Positions 24,056 to 36,313 of a DNA stretch of 64,000 bases are shown one piece after another. The position numbers were made by a program, and so were the translations under genes. Each line of letters starts with the position of its first letter. Within the stretch, counting starts at the first letter, position 1. This DNA comes from Owenia fusiformis (taxonomy: Eukaryota). The notes under the pieces are model-generated. The model did no database searches. It saw nothing but the letters and a program-made list of their open reading frames with translations, and was not told the DNA's origin. The stretch spans positions 1,178,001 to 1,242,000 of the forward strand of contig CAIIXF020000001.1 in NCBI GenBank assembly GCA_903813345.2, given 5' to 3'.

Positions 24056-24458
24056 CTAGACGCCGTCACAAAAAATTTGGAAACTATAACAATATCTCAT
24101 TTCTTGCATTGTGACAAAAAATTAACAGTTTTTCACATGAAAGTCTAAATGATAAATTTTAATTAGTATTCACTTCCTAACATTTCATAAAATGTAATTG
24201 TAGGGGTACTCTTAATTATAGCATGTCATTTGATTTTTGTAGATTAAAGTAGTAAATAACTGGATTTACTTTCAAAATCATTAGCAGTTAAATGGATAAA
24301 TTAATTTAACATTTAAAAATCAAAATGTAATTACATGGTGAATTATCCATGTTCTACCGGATGATCCAAAAAAGCAGAACTATTTATTCAGAAGAACAGA
24401 TTCCTGGGTTCTGTTTTCTTGGGCCACCCTGTATATAACTTGGAAAACTTAAACATAC

Positions 24459-24630
24459 CTTAAGTCCAACACAGTTCTGTCCATTCACCTCCACAAGATG
24501 GTGCTCAGTTAGGACGCCATTCCTAGCGGCAGACGAATCCTTGACCAAGGAGTTGATTTTACCATTCTTGAATACAAATCCAATGGTGCCACCACTATCT
24601 TTATGCATTGTGATGGTTCGCTCAAATGGT
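24459..24630 (-). CDS. SDCBP: Syntenin-1 coding exon 4 (PDZ2)
   Basis: [57 protein letters not shown]; 172 nt; donor gtatgt. Confidence 0.95.
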
Positions 24631-24734
24631 CTAAAAACAAGGTGGTTATATTGTAATATCTGAATACATTTTGACATATTTTATAACAATCACATATTAA
24701 TCCAGTGTAAAAGATTAGGAGGTTAATTCTGTCT

Positions 24735-24855
24735 GTTCGCTGTTCAAATTGAGAGGTGTTCTCATTACAATGCAAAGAAAAAATGGGACTGAAAAAAGTG
24801 TTCAGATAGGAAGTTGTTCGGGTTAGCCAGGTGTTCAGATATACAGGTTCTACTG
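24735..24855 (-). mobile_element. Tc1/mariner(pogo)-like MITE fragment (TA-CAGTAGAACCTG family; relatives near 18876, 21527, 42765, 62210)
   Basis: Terminus TACAGTAGAACCTGTATATCTGAACACC on the minus strand, with repeated GAACAC motifs. Confidence 0.65.
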
Positions 24856-24858
24856 TAC

Positions 24859-25034
24859 CTGTCTCTAATTGCCATGGTGATTTTCTGTGGTTCACATTTC
24901 TTCAGATACTTGTGTGCCTTATCATTGTCCCAGCCTGCCACTGTCTGGTCATTGATCTGCAGGATTTGATCCCCAAACCTTACACCAGCCAGAGAGGCTG
25001 GAGAATTAGCATGCACAAAGGCAACAAATAAACC
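24859..25034 (-). CDS. SDCBP: Syntenin-1 coding exon 3 (PDZ1)
   Basis: GLFVAFVHANSPASLAGVRFGDQILQIND...MAIRDR; 176 nt, ends in phase 2. Confidence 0.93.
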
Positions 25035-25303
25035 CTGAAATCACAAAATAAAATTAAAGGTATTTATCAATTTCACTATAACAAATTAGCTTCTATCATG
25101 ATCAATCTAAGTTGTATTAATTTCTCAGTATGTTTACACTATTTGGACTGACAATTCCATTTTCATTAGAAATTTTATATTGTGATATCACATATTAACA
25201 CTAAATTGGTGTCATTGTAGTTTGAATGAGGCTTCATAAAAGTACAGTTGTATATCATGATGAAGTATATTTTACAAGAAAAGATGAAATGTATGCCACC
25301 TAC

Positions 25304-25675
25304 TTTGTTAACATGTCGGACTCTTAGTCCAATCATTCCACTCTGATCTTTACACAGCTGCACAAATCTAATCCCATCCTTAATTTCCGCACGTCGCAAT
25401 CCAACGTCATTGCCTGTTACTGGCGCAACTTGCATCTGACCAGCTCCCGTTACACGTCCATACGCAGGAACAGCTACCTGCTGATTCTGATTGGCAGCGA
25501 CAACAGGCATGTTCTGTGCGATACATTCAGGGCTGAGGGAGAGACCCATGTAGTCCTGGAGAGAGGGGTATAAAGATGACCCCCCAGCAGCAGCAGCTGT
25601 GGGGTAGGTCTGGGCTGCCTCTCCAGGGTACTGCACAGCAGGCTGCTGGGCTGCTTGCTGGTATTGAACCTGGGC
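25304..25675 (-). CDS. SDCBP: Syntenin-1 coding exon 2 (N-terminal region and start of PDZ1)
   Basis: 372 nt, phase 0/0; contains [34 protein letters not shown] and [13 protein letters not shown]; canonical AG/GT boundaries. Confidence 0.93.
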
Positions 25676-26160
25676 CTGAAAATAAAATACTATTTTTTAC
25701 TTTTATCAACAACCAAAGAAATCAATATAGGTGAATCCACACTAAAGCAGATATCAACAAATGAATCATTGAAGTAAACAGTGATACATAGTCACACTCA
25801 AGGTTTGACCTCCTTCATTCTTATCACACATAAAATGACTACAGATATATAGTAAATAAACAAATAACTCTGATTTTACATAATGCTAGTACTGGGACTT
25901 TGTATGATTCACTTCTGTATGACTACCTTACATCCTGCATTCATTGTACAATTTAGACATTCAAACATATACACTTATATATAATGTATATTAAAATTCA
26001 CTGTAAAAGTAACACAAGGATTTCTTTGTGATATCTCCCTATATAAGCTAACGACCTTTCTATAGGATAACACCATGCTATAGGATAATGCCCCTGCTAC
26101 TTGTATAGGATACGCCTGTCCCTTGCTATAGGATAATACCCCTACTATGAAATAACATAC

Positions 26161-26211
26161 CTGTTGCATCTGGTCAACCTTCATATCCTCTAGTGTGGGA
26201 TACAGCGACAT
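26161..26211 (-). CDS. SDCBP: Syntenin-1 coding exon 1 (MSLYPTLEDMKVDQMQQ)
   Basis: Diagnostic syntenin N-terminus with an LYPxL motif; acceptor tttctag before 26237; donor gtatgt. Confidence 0.93.
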
Positions 26212-27105
26212 ATTGTTGGTTATGTTTTAGTCCCTACCTAGAAATGTAAAAATAAATCAATGCTAAAATGAATTTATATTTGCAATATAAGGTTCATGAT
26301 GTCGTCCCAAGATACATTCAACTAAACTGACTCTTAAGATTTATATTTACAAATTGGTACTTCTATATATGTACTCTGTTTAATCAAAAATGTTTCCTGC
26401 TCTTTTTGCTTAATCTTTGATAGAAACACTAAGAACGGACCACTTAGAACACAAGATATACTTATCTAAAGGGAAACAATATTTATACAAGTGGAAAATA
26501 TCTTTAGAACAAGTTTATACTTGTGATTAGCAAAATATTTCCTAAGTTTGGAATAATCTGATGCAGTGATGTTCTAAATCAATTACTCAGATGGAGTAGG
26601 TAGTTACCATTTTCACCACCAGGTGGCTCATTCAGGGTAGATAACATGGCAGGGTATGAGAAAGTTCCCTTAAATTTGAATATTCATCAGTTTTAGTGGT
26701 TCAATTTTCATATTACCCTTATGTATCTAATAGTTACAAATTAAGATATGTCCATAAATATCATCTGTCGAATATAAGAAAAGATTTTTCACTTTTTATG
26801 ATTCCATAACATGAGGTCTATGGGGAACCTCCCCGTCCTAGACGTCACATTTTCAAAGAAAAATAAACTTTCAGAGTTGATAAACACTTTTTAAAACCAC
26901 ATTTCTATATGCAATTTTACATGTAGATTTCAAATATGATAACACGTTGACTGAATTTTTAATGACGTAAATCAAGATTATTTGTACTCGCATCAAGTCT
27001 ATTGTCTCAATGTTCTTCATAATTTTACAGAGCTTTACTTATATATGTTAAAACTTGCTCTATTCATCTCTTAGCAGAATCCAAGGCCCCTCCCGATAAA
27101 GATAT

Positions 27106-28746
27106 ACAAGAACACAAATGTGTACAAAATGTCCCCACCAATGGGTGATCCCATGAAATGGTTATCCTGAAAATGAGTAGACAAGACTTTACCAACACAA
27201 TTTTAATTGATCCGTCACACAGTTAACTAGAAAACATGTAAACAAGACTTTACAGACAAGATTTTAGGATGGAAAATCCAAAATGGCTGCCTTGACATTT
27301 ACCCAGAATGTCAAAAAACAAATCTGTTCCTAGATTTTCATACTAAGAATCATCCCTGAAAATATGACATTGATCTACCAAATGGTTCACCTGAAAACGC
27401 GTAGACAAGACTTTACAGACAAGATTTTAGGACAGAAAATCCAAAATGGCTGCCATGACATTTACACAGAATGCCAAAAAACTAATCAGATGTAGATTTT
27501 CACACTAAGAATCATCCCTGAAAATTTGAAATTGATCTACCAAACGGTTCACCTAAAAACGCGTAGACAAGACTTTACAGGCAAGATTTTAAGACGGAAA
27601 ATCCAAAATGGCTGCCTTGACATTTATCCAGAATGCCAAAAAACTAATCAGATCTAGATTTTCATACTAAGAATCATCCCTAAAAATTTAAAATTGATCT
27701 ACAGAACGGTTCACCCCGAAATGCATAGACAAGACTTTACAGACAAGATTTTAGGACAGAAAATCCAAAATGGCTGCCTTGACATTTGCCCAGAATGCCA
27801 AAAAGCTAATCAGTTCTACATTTTCATACTAAGAATCATCTCTGAAAATTTGAAATTGATCTACCAAACCGTTCACCTGAAAACGCGTAGACAACACTTT
27901 ACAGACAAGATTTTAGGACGGAAAATCCAAAATGGCTGCCTTGACATTTACCCAGAATGCCAAAAAACAAATCAGATCTAGATTTTTATACTAAGAATCA
28001 TCCCTGAAAATTTGAAATTGATCCACCAAACGGTTCACCTGAAAACACGTAGACAAGACTTCACAGACAAGATTTTAGGACGGAAAAATCCAAAATGGCC
28101 GACAATAAAAAAGTGATTATGTGTTTTTGCTGATTTCTTCTTACAAAATTATCACATATTACTACTGTTAACAATAACATAGGCTTTTACAACAAAGTAG
28201 ATCTGAAATTATTTATAAAGCTACTAAATAGTTAAAGTATGAAAACTCAAAAACACCATTCAATATGATACAAAGTATTATCGTGCGCTAATCTTCTTAA
28301 GACATTCAAAATGGCTGACATGACTGAGCTAACAGGTCCAAAACCTAATCAGATCTAGAATGAAGTGAGCTGAACAAGATGTTAAAGTTTTAAAAGCAAC
28401 TGTGAAGCCGTTTTTCTTAAAGTTTGCAGACAAGGATTTTAGCATTTGACTTCAAAATGGCAGACAGGAAGTAGGTATCGAGTTAAAAATTTTTCATCCA
28501 CATCTGTATGCACTCATAAGTAATCCCTGAAAATTTGAAGGTGATATCTGTAGCGGTTTTGGAGAAAACTCCCGGACGTACGGACAGACGGACGGACAGA
28601 CGGACGGACGGACGGACGGACGGACGGACAGACAGACGGACGCGCCTAGGCCGACAATATGGCCCCACACTATGTGGTGGCGACATGAGACGGACGCGCC
28701 TAGGCCGACAATATGGCCCCACACTATGTGGTGGGGACATAAAAAA
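27106..28746 (-). mobile_element. Helentron-associated non-autonomous element with 162-bp internal tandem repeats
   Basis: subTIRs ATGTCCCCACCA (27129-27140) / TGGTGGGGACAT (28729-28740); repeat anchors at 27242, 27405, 27567, 27729, 27891, 28053; (GACG/GACA)n tract about 28574-28642; duplicated terminal hairpin module. Confidence 0.85.
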
Positions 28747-29670
28747 GAGGTTATTTAATGGGAAGGATAGAATATGAATTTTATTCCGAGGGAAAATATC
28801 ATATTAACACTCAGGCTATCACCTTCAGTCAATATGATATTTTTTGGCCAATATCATATTTTCACTCAGAATAAAATTCATATTCCATTCCTAAAAACTT
28901 TTGTGTGACTTTTGTAAAAAAAAAGCTAAACTATTCACTGAGACATGGAAACATGACAGCAAATCATATAATATCATAGATAAAATCAATTCAAATGTAC
29001 AATAAAACATCCCATAGGTAATTAGTTCATATATAATTGTTTTATTTAACCCTTTCTCGACGTGAATATAAGAGGAAAAAGTTGGCCCTTGTGATGGATA
29101 AGTAAGAGCAGTTTTCAGGGGAAAACTGCAAATTACCTCCACCCCAGGACCTATACCTTGAATTGTATCACTGAAATACAATTTCTACAAGGATTATCGT
29201 ATTAGAACAATTTGTCAAAATGTGGTGTAAAAATACTGAATAGAACGGGAGATATTGTCATTTCATTGATGTATATAAATAAAAATAATGGTGCCAAAAA
29301 GGATTACACAATAGGCCTCCATATGGAGCCTATCCTGGTGAAAGGGTTAAGCTTGGAGGAAATGCAGATAGCGAATGTCACTCGACTTTTGTGAAGTCAT
29401 GTCTGCATTTCACAGTTCAAAATTAACTTCTGTAGAAACCACCTTCTAATTTGCCTCATTGACCTTTTATTGTTTCTTAAAACATTTCTCTCAAAATCAG
29501 GAAATTAGGGTGTTGAGCAGGGAAATTTTGTAGGGAATTTCATTCAGTCACAAAAAAACAACGAGTGACAACTTATACTTCCTCAGAGGGTAGCGATGAT
29601 AAGTGATGGTATTTGAAGTTTTGAATTGGATTTAAAAGTTACAGTCTGAGTCAATTAGATTTTGCTTTAA

Positions 29671-30068
29671 GGCTCAGCTGGAAAGTAACATTTTGGTAAA
29701 AAAAATGCTATACCTGCACATGCTATTTTCTGGTACAAAATTAAGTATGAAGGCATGTGTGTATTTCCTTGCTTTTTTCAGGAAAGTATCAGTACACTGT
29801 CTACTTTTAGTAAACCTGGAAACAGGTCAATGGTAGTTGTCTGGAAACTTTGAAAGAAAATTTGGAAAAATAGAAAGTGTGAAATATAAGAATTTCCTGG
29901 AGTTCCCATTGAACTCCTACCAGATATTCTAAAAGAAGACAATGTAATGATACTTTCCTGAAAAAAGCAAAGAAATTGACGCATGCCTTCATACTTTATT
30001 TTGTACCAGAAAATAACATGTGCAGGTACAGCAATTTTTTACCAAAAATGTTATTTTCCAGCTGTACC
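29671..30068. mobile_element. TTAA-flanked MITE with about 140-bp TIRs (Kolobok/piggyBac-type target)
   Basis: TTAA|GGCTCAGCTGGAAAGTAACAT ... ATGTTATTTTCCAGCTGTACC|TTAA. Confidence 0.85.
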
Positions 30069-30698
30069 TTAACCTAAATAAATAAGATTTTGACAACACA
30101 TTTTCAATATATTTTGCAGTTGAATGTATATTGAGAAGTAATTAAGTTAGTAATATATATCAAACCAAGTGATTAAATGTTGATTAAACTGAATTCACAA
30201 TGAAAATGCTATAAGATCTGGAACTAATTTCTTACATGTTCGATAGTGTTGATGTTGATAGTGCTGATACGGTCAAGTTGTAGGAGAATATGTTGAATGA
30301 ATACATGCTAAATACTGATAGGTAAGTAATTTATATATAGATTTTTGTCAAAATCTTATTTTCTGGGGCACGGACATCAAATACATTCTTCGAACTGGAA
30401 TTATATCAATATTTTGAAATCCAAGAATCTCCTTTTGCCAGAAACATTCTCTCTGACTGTGTTCTGGGGTTTATTTGACAAACAATCAACTTGACTCGCA
30501 CTGTATGACAGTAGAACTCCTACTCCGGAATTCTAGAAATTCACCAGTCTAATATTGGATTGGGTATATTTGTTGAGCTGATATAACTACAAATATTCTG
30601 GCTTAGATCTGTATCTTTGAGTTCTTCAGTGTAACTGTTTCTCCGAATCAAAATGTGAAAAATTATCATTTTTTTATTTATTTTCATTGGCAAATCTA

Positions 30699-30990
30699 GG
30701 GATTCCCCAGTCAATTGAGATATTCAACAGAAGAAAATAGTTTCAACAAAACTTAAAAATGATAATCAAGAATTCATGATCAAGTATACTTACTTTTGTA
30801 AATATTGTCTGTCTTCCAGCTGAGTTATAAACGAAACTTAGAGAGAAAATATCAGCTTTTCTGATATATTACAAATGGCCTTCTGACGTCATACGTCACG
30901 AGAAATGAGTCATGCGCTATTTAGGGATTCGCCAGTTTTTAACATTTCGTTTAGAGTGCTTCCGTTGCAGATATTAAATTCCCGGGAAAA
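30699..30990 (-). promoter_or_regulatory. Probable syntenin promoter and non-coding first exon
   Basis: Minus-strand donor gtaagt at 30793; CRE TGACGTCA 30884-30891; AP-1 TGAGTCA 30906-30912; palindrome TTCCCGGGAA 30979-30988; kB-like GGGATTCCCC 30699-30708; locally CpG-richer. Confidence 0.55.
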
Positions 30991-31938
30991 GTCCAAGCTG
31001 GTTACGAACCCCGGGTTACGAAATGCAATTTGATACCGTATTTGATTCTTCCAAAGAAATATAATGCCCGCCAACTTTTTGTAATGACTCGACCCCCACC
31101 CCCCGCCCCGCCCAAAAATAATTCTTTCCCATCGGCTAACCTAAATCAACCCCCTCAGTAATGCAAAATGCAATGGTGGAACTGGAAGCTAAGATGTGGG
31201 GAGTGCCACACCAGGACCCACATTCAAGTCAGACAGATGTCTGCTCCTAAAACAGAAAATTCAGCCCAAATTTTGAAAAACTAGGCCCATCAAATTCTAA
31301 CAAAACACAAAGGATGATCCTGGAAACCCAGACTGAAGGGAGAGGCATAAAAACATCCGTGCTTGAGTGGATGAAAAAAATCGCCCCCATTTTGCAAAAA
31401 ATGCCCAGTGCTGATGCCATTGTTTATCTAAATTGCCCAATTTATGTTGGGAAGAGCTGATTTTCCTTCAAGAAAGCAAAAGAGGTAGGTCCACATTTTT
31501 TAGGAGATAACAGGGGCCCGATCATACGTATGTTTTTCCCGTTTTTTCTGAAATGGTGTCGTGATTTTCAACCCCTTCCACCTCTGCTTTTTCAATTTTT
31601 GCTGCATCAATATATTGCATTTTAAGACACAGTTAACCCCTTTAAAGGAATAAGTAATTCCTCTTTTAGATAAAGTGGAAAACAATATTTCCAATGTTAT
31701 TTTCCCATAGGGAAAACTCATGCAATCCATTGCTTTCAGCTAATTTTGGTCACTCGACACCCATAATGGATATCTTTAAAACCCCTGAAGGAATTACTTA
31801 TTCCTTTAAAGGGGTTAATTGCTGTATGTCAAAACGCAACATATTGATGCAACCTGACTAAATTGAAAAAACAGGGGTGGAAAGGGTTGAAAATCAGGAC
31901 AACATTTCAGAAAAAACATTTGGGTGGGTTGTTTGCAT

Positions 31939-32968
31939 GTGATCACCTCATTATAACGACGGGCATTGTACCGAAAAGTATTATACCGACGTGCAATATA
32001 CCGAAAACCAATATACCAATGCGCGCTATACCGAAAACCATCAACAGAAGATGGCAGATATCAAGATTATTGAAAATCATTCACGTTTAGTAAGTCCAGG
32101 CAAAAATAGCAGCAGAATATAGGATTCATCATGTTCAAGGGAAACTTAAAAAAGCAATCAAACACTCCCGCAAAATCACAGCCCAAGTCAAGCATCTGGG
32201 AACGAAATAGATACCGGAGGTATTCCAATGATGTGCAAAATGTGGGAACAGCTATTTCATATCATTACAAAACCTGTACGCAATGTTGTTAGCCGGCAAA
32301 AATATTTCGTTTCATTTATTATTAAAGCTCTATGCGTAACACTTAATTTCCCAGGCCCTGAACGATTCTGTTATAAATGAGATTAAAGAAGTCAAAATAA
32401 GCTTTCCAATGGTGTGCTGATAATGCTGATAATGTGGCTAGCTATTTCAAATCATGTCAATGTTTTCAGTCCGCGAAAATATTCATCTTTTACATAAGTT
32501 TAATTTAATTTTAATTCAGTCAATTATATTTTTACTTTTACTCTGATTCTCTGCTCTCGGGAATGGATCCTTTGACTCAGGCTGGACAACATGGGATAAA
32601 TGTGGGAACTTTTTTTTAAGAAATGGCTTCCATTTTCGATATTGATAAATCAGACGTCTTGTGGCAATAATTAGGCGTATATATTATTATATAAGTAAAA
32701 ATAAGAAGAACTAATTAAATACGTTTGAAAATCTAAACATGTTTCTATATCGCTTTCGAGTCACACAGGAAAACTTATCATGGCACATCAGTATTATGAC
32801 ATTAATTCGGTATATTGCCTTTGCGGTACAATGTGCGTCAGTATTATGGCATTCGGTATAATGCCTTTCGGTACAATGTGCGTCAGTATTATGGCATTCG
32901 GTACAACGGCCTTTCGGTACAATGCGCGTCGGTACGATTGGTTTGAATCGGTATAACGCGCGGACCCC
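31939..32968. mobile_element. MULE/foldback-like non-autonomous element nested in an older MITE
   Basis: 8-bp TSD GTTTGCAT (31931-31938, 32969-32976); arrays of ATACCGAA on the left and TTCGGTA on the right in inverted orientation. Confidence 0.7.
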
Positions 32969-33320
32969 GTTTGCATCTTCCCTGTCTCAAAGTCGAACTT
33001 ATTTTATCATCTCTGTGAGGGCTTTCCTTGGAGATGATGCATTGGCCAACGGACTTTTCTTCAGGTCCGTGATTGGCCTAACATATGTACCTGTTTAAAT
33101 CCTCAGAAAATAGCCAAATCAAACATATTACTGGCCGAAATCTGTTGCGATTATTTCCCTCATCCTTTTGCAAAATTTGAGCAAAGGGTAAAATCATAGC
33201 AACTTTGGCAACATTTTAGCAAATTTGGCTAAATTTCACCAAATCCACCAGTATGTCTCCGAAATATTTTTGGGCGGGAAATATTATAACCCCCACCCCC
33301 CCCCCCCCCCCCCCCCCCCT

Positions 33321-36055
33321 TTATGCTAATGGTAATACACATATGAAAAACATCTTCCTATGTGGTGACTTCAACTTACCAGACATCGATTGGGAGAATG
33401 GAACTATAAGGCCTAATTCTCAATATTCTAATGCTCTTAATGAGAAGATGATTACAATAACTGATGATCATGGCCTAACCCAACTAGTCAAGGAACCAAC
33501 TAGACAAAATAACATCCTTGACTTAGTATTCACTACATGCCCAAACCTCGCAGAAAGAATCTCGGTGGTTCCGGGCATGAGTGATCACGAGGCAGTCCTA
33601 TGTGATATAAACCTAAAAATGAAAATTCAGAAAAAGAAGCCTCGTAAGGTCCACATATACAAGCGGGCAGAATGGACTGGACTTAAAGAGGCTCTACGAT
33701 CTAAGTTCAGCGAATTCAAAGAGAACTGTGAAAGTAGATCAGTTGAAGACAACTGGTCCTCCTTCAAATCTACATTAATATCGTCAATCAATGAGCATAT
33801 TCCAAGTAAAACTCTAAGTGGGAAATTCAAAGTACCCTGGATTACCACCAGGATACTGAGAATGATCCGACAGAAACAAAGACGATATAATGTTGCCAAA
33901 CGTTCAAATGAACCTCATCATTGGCATAAGTACAAATCACTACGGAAATTAATCCATAGTGAAATTCGTAAAGAACATCAGCGCTACATCAACGATCTGC
34001 TTGACATTGATGAAAGCGAAATCATAAATGAGAATGTTCAGCACAAAGGTATTACCAAACGCTTCTGGAGCTACATAAAGTCTAAACGCAAAGATGCATC
34101 AGGTATCAGCGTGCTGCGTAACAAAGATGGCGACGAAATAACAGACGCCGCCCAGAAAGCAAACATCCTCAATGACCAATACAATTCTGTATTCACAGAT
34201 GAGGATGCCACTCTACCGACAATGGTACCTAGTCAAATTCCTGAAATGCCAAATATCAAAATTTCGACAAAAGGAATTCACAAATTGCTAACTGGCCTGA
34301 ATCCATCAAAAGCCACTGGACCCGATCTTATTCCGACTAGGGTCCTGAAGGAATGCAGTGACAGCATATCACCATTCCTTCAAATAATTTTTCAACAGTC
34401 TATCGATGAAGGCTTAGTGCCTTTGGACTGGAAACATGCCAATGTTACTGCTATCTATAAAAAGGGACGAAGAGATGAGGCTGTGAATTACAGGCCTGTA
34501 TCTCTGACGTCAGTTCCATGTAAAATAATGGAACATATTATATTCCATCATGTTATGGCCCACTTTGACCTCTATGAAATTCTAGTAAAATTCCAACATG
34601 GATTCAGGTCAAAGCACTCATGTGAAACACAACTTGTCAATACAATAGAGAATATAGCTCGGGCCCTCGACAACAATAAACAAACAGACATGTTGGTATT
34701 AGACTTTTCCAAAGCGTTTGACACGGTGGCTCACGAACGCCTCTTGCTCAAACTCGACTATTATGGAATTCGCAATAATAACTTGAACTGGTTCAGATCC
34801 TGGCTTGTGGGAAGATCACAACAGGTAGTGCTCGATGGTGAATCAAGTTCAAAAACTCCAGTAAAATCAGGAGTTCCTCAAGGAACAGTTCTTGGACCAC
34901 TCTGTTTCCTTGTTTATATCAATGATATGGGCAATAACCTATCATCCTCAGCCAGTCTTAAGCTTTTTGCCGATGACAGCCTTTTATTCATGACAGTCGA
35001 AAGCAAGCAAGATGCATTAACACTACAGGAGAATCTCGATAAACTGGTCTCCTGGGCATCAACATGGCAAATGAAATTCCATCCATCAAAATGCTATGTG
35101 CTAAATATTCACAAAGGTAAATCCCTATCATGCACAATTACACCATGCTAGGGGAAAACCTTAAGTCGGTAACACACATCCCATACCTAGGAATTGACAT
35201 CACAAATAACTTACGCTGGACTACACATATTCAAACTATTGTATCCAAAGCCAATAAGGTGCTTGGATTTCTCAGGCGCAACCTCCATCAATGCCCTGAA
35301 AAAGTGAAGGCTCAGGCGTATAAGTCACTAGTCCGGCCTAATTTAGAGTATGCCAGCTCGGCATGGGATCCATACCGACAAAAAGATATTGATATGTTGG
35401 AACAGGTACAGAGAAGAGCAGCCAGGTTTGTAACCAAATGTCACTCAAGGGAACCAGGCTGCGTCACCAAAGCTCTTCAAGACCTACAGTGGGAGCCACT
35501 GAAGGAGCGTCGAGAGGCTGCTAGAGTTTTCCTTTTCTACAAAGGAAAGCAGAACCTAGCAGCCATCGACGTGCCTCCATACTCCCGCCAACAGATCAAT
35601 ACCAACACTAGGTTGTATCATCCTTCTAAGTTCATACAACCATCAGCTAGAACGGATGCATACAAATTTAGCTATTTCCCTAGGACAATAGCTAAATGGA
35701 ACACTCTACCTGGTGACATCTTAGACTGTGACAGTCTAAGTAGTTTTAAATCATCATACTATGCCTATGTCAATAACTGCAATTAAATAGGTGTGTTTTT
35801 AATATAGATCTATGTTTTAATGTAAAGGGTCCCCAGTGCACAGCAACAAGCCTGCACTACTGGTAAAAGGGGGTGATGTCAACGCGGTTAGCCTGACAGT
35901 CTCCCCAGGTAAAATGAGTTGTAAACCATAGATCTATTTTTAAATGTTAAGGTTTTAAATTATATTCTATTCAAATTCTATCACTGTTAAATTATATATC
36001 TGCTTCATATGGGCTTATTAGCCTTTTGCAGATTATTGACATAGACATAGACATA
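33321..36055 (+). mobile_element. 5'-truncated CR1/L2-group LINE (partial APE endonuclease + reverse transcriptase) with one frameshift
   Basis: GDFNLPDIDW and SDH endonuclease motifs; NYRPVSLTS, QHGFR, LDFSKAFD, GVPQGTVLGP and LFADD RT motifs; frameshift near 35125 into ORF 35130-35786 (WDPY, VQRRAARFV, FPRTIAKWNTLP); 3' stem-loop and (GACATA)3 tail at 36038-36055. Confidence 0.95.
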
Positions 36056-36084
36056 CGCCACTGAATAAAATATTGTCAAATGAT

Positions 36085-36313
36085 ATTTCCCCGGGTATTG
36101 CACTTCTTTAGTTCCCGGGAATTAATTTGAGATTGTTTGTAATGAACGAACTTCTGTAAAGACTGATTCCTTTGACATCTCGCGAGATCGAAATTCACGA
36201 GAGTTCAACATTTTTTCGACTAAAAAATTATTTGGGTTCTAGCAAAAAGTACCTAATCACGACTTATATTAACCATGTAGAGGCGTATTATGTATATGCC
36301 CAGAAAGGTAAGT
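36085..36313 (+). promoter_or_regulatory. Candidate promoter and first exon of an unidentified + strand gene
   Basis: TCTCGCGAGA palindrome 36178-36187 (a known housekeeping promoter motif); TTCCCGGGAA 36112-36121; strong donor AAG|GTAAGT at 36307/36308. Confidence 0.4.

Noticed and set aside
27694-28777. ORFs with repeated KIQNGCLD or SVRP/TDGR motifs
   Set aside because: They derive from HINE tandem repeats and the (GACG)n microsatellite.
33253-33320. Poly-proline N-terminus of the 632-aa ORF
   Set aside because: It is a poly-C tract of the flanking MITE read in frame with the truncated LINE, not part of the protein.
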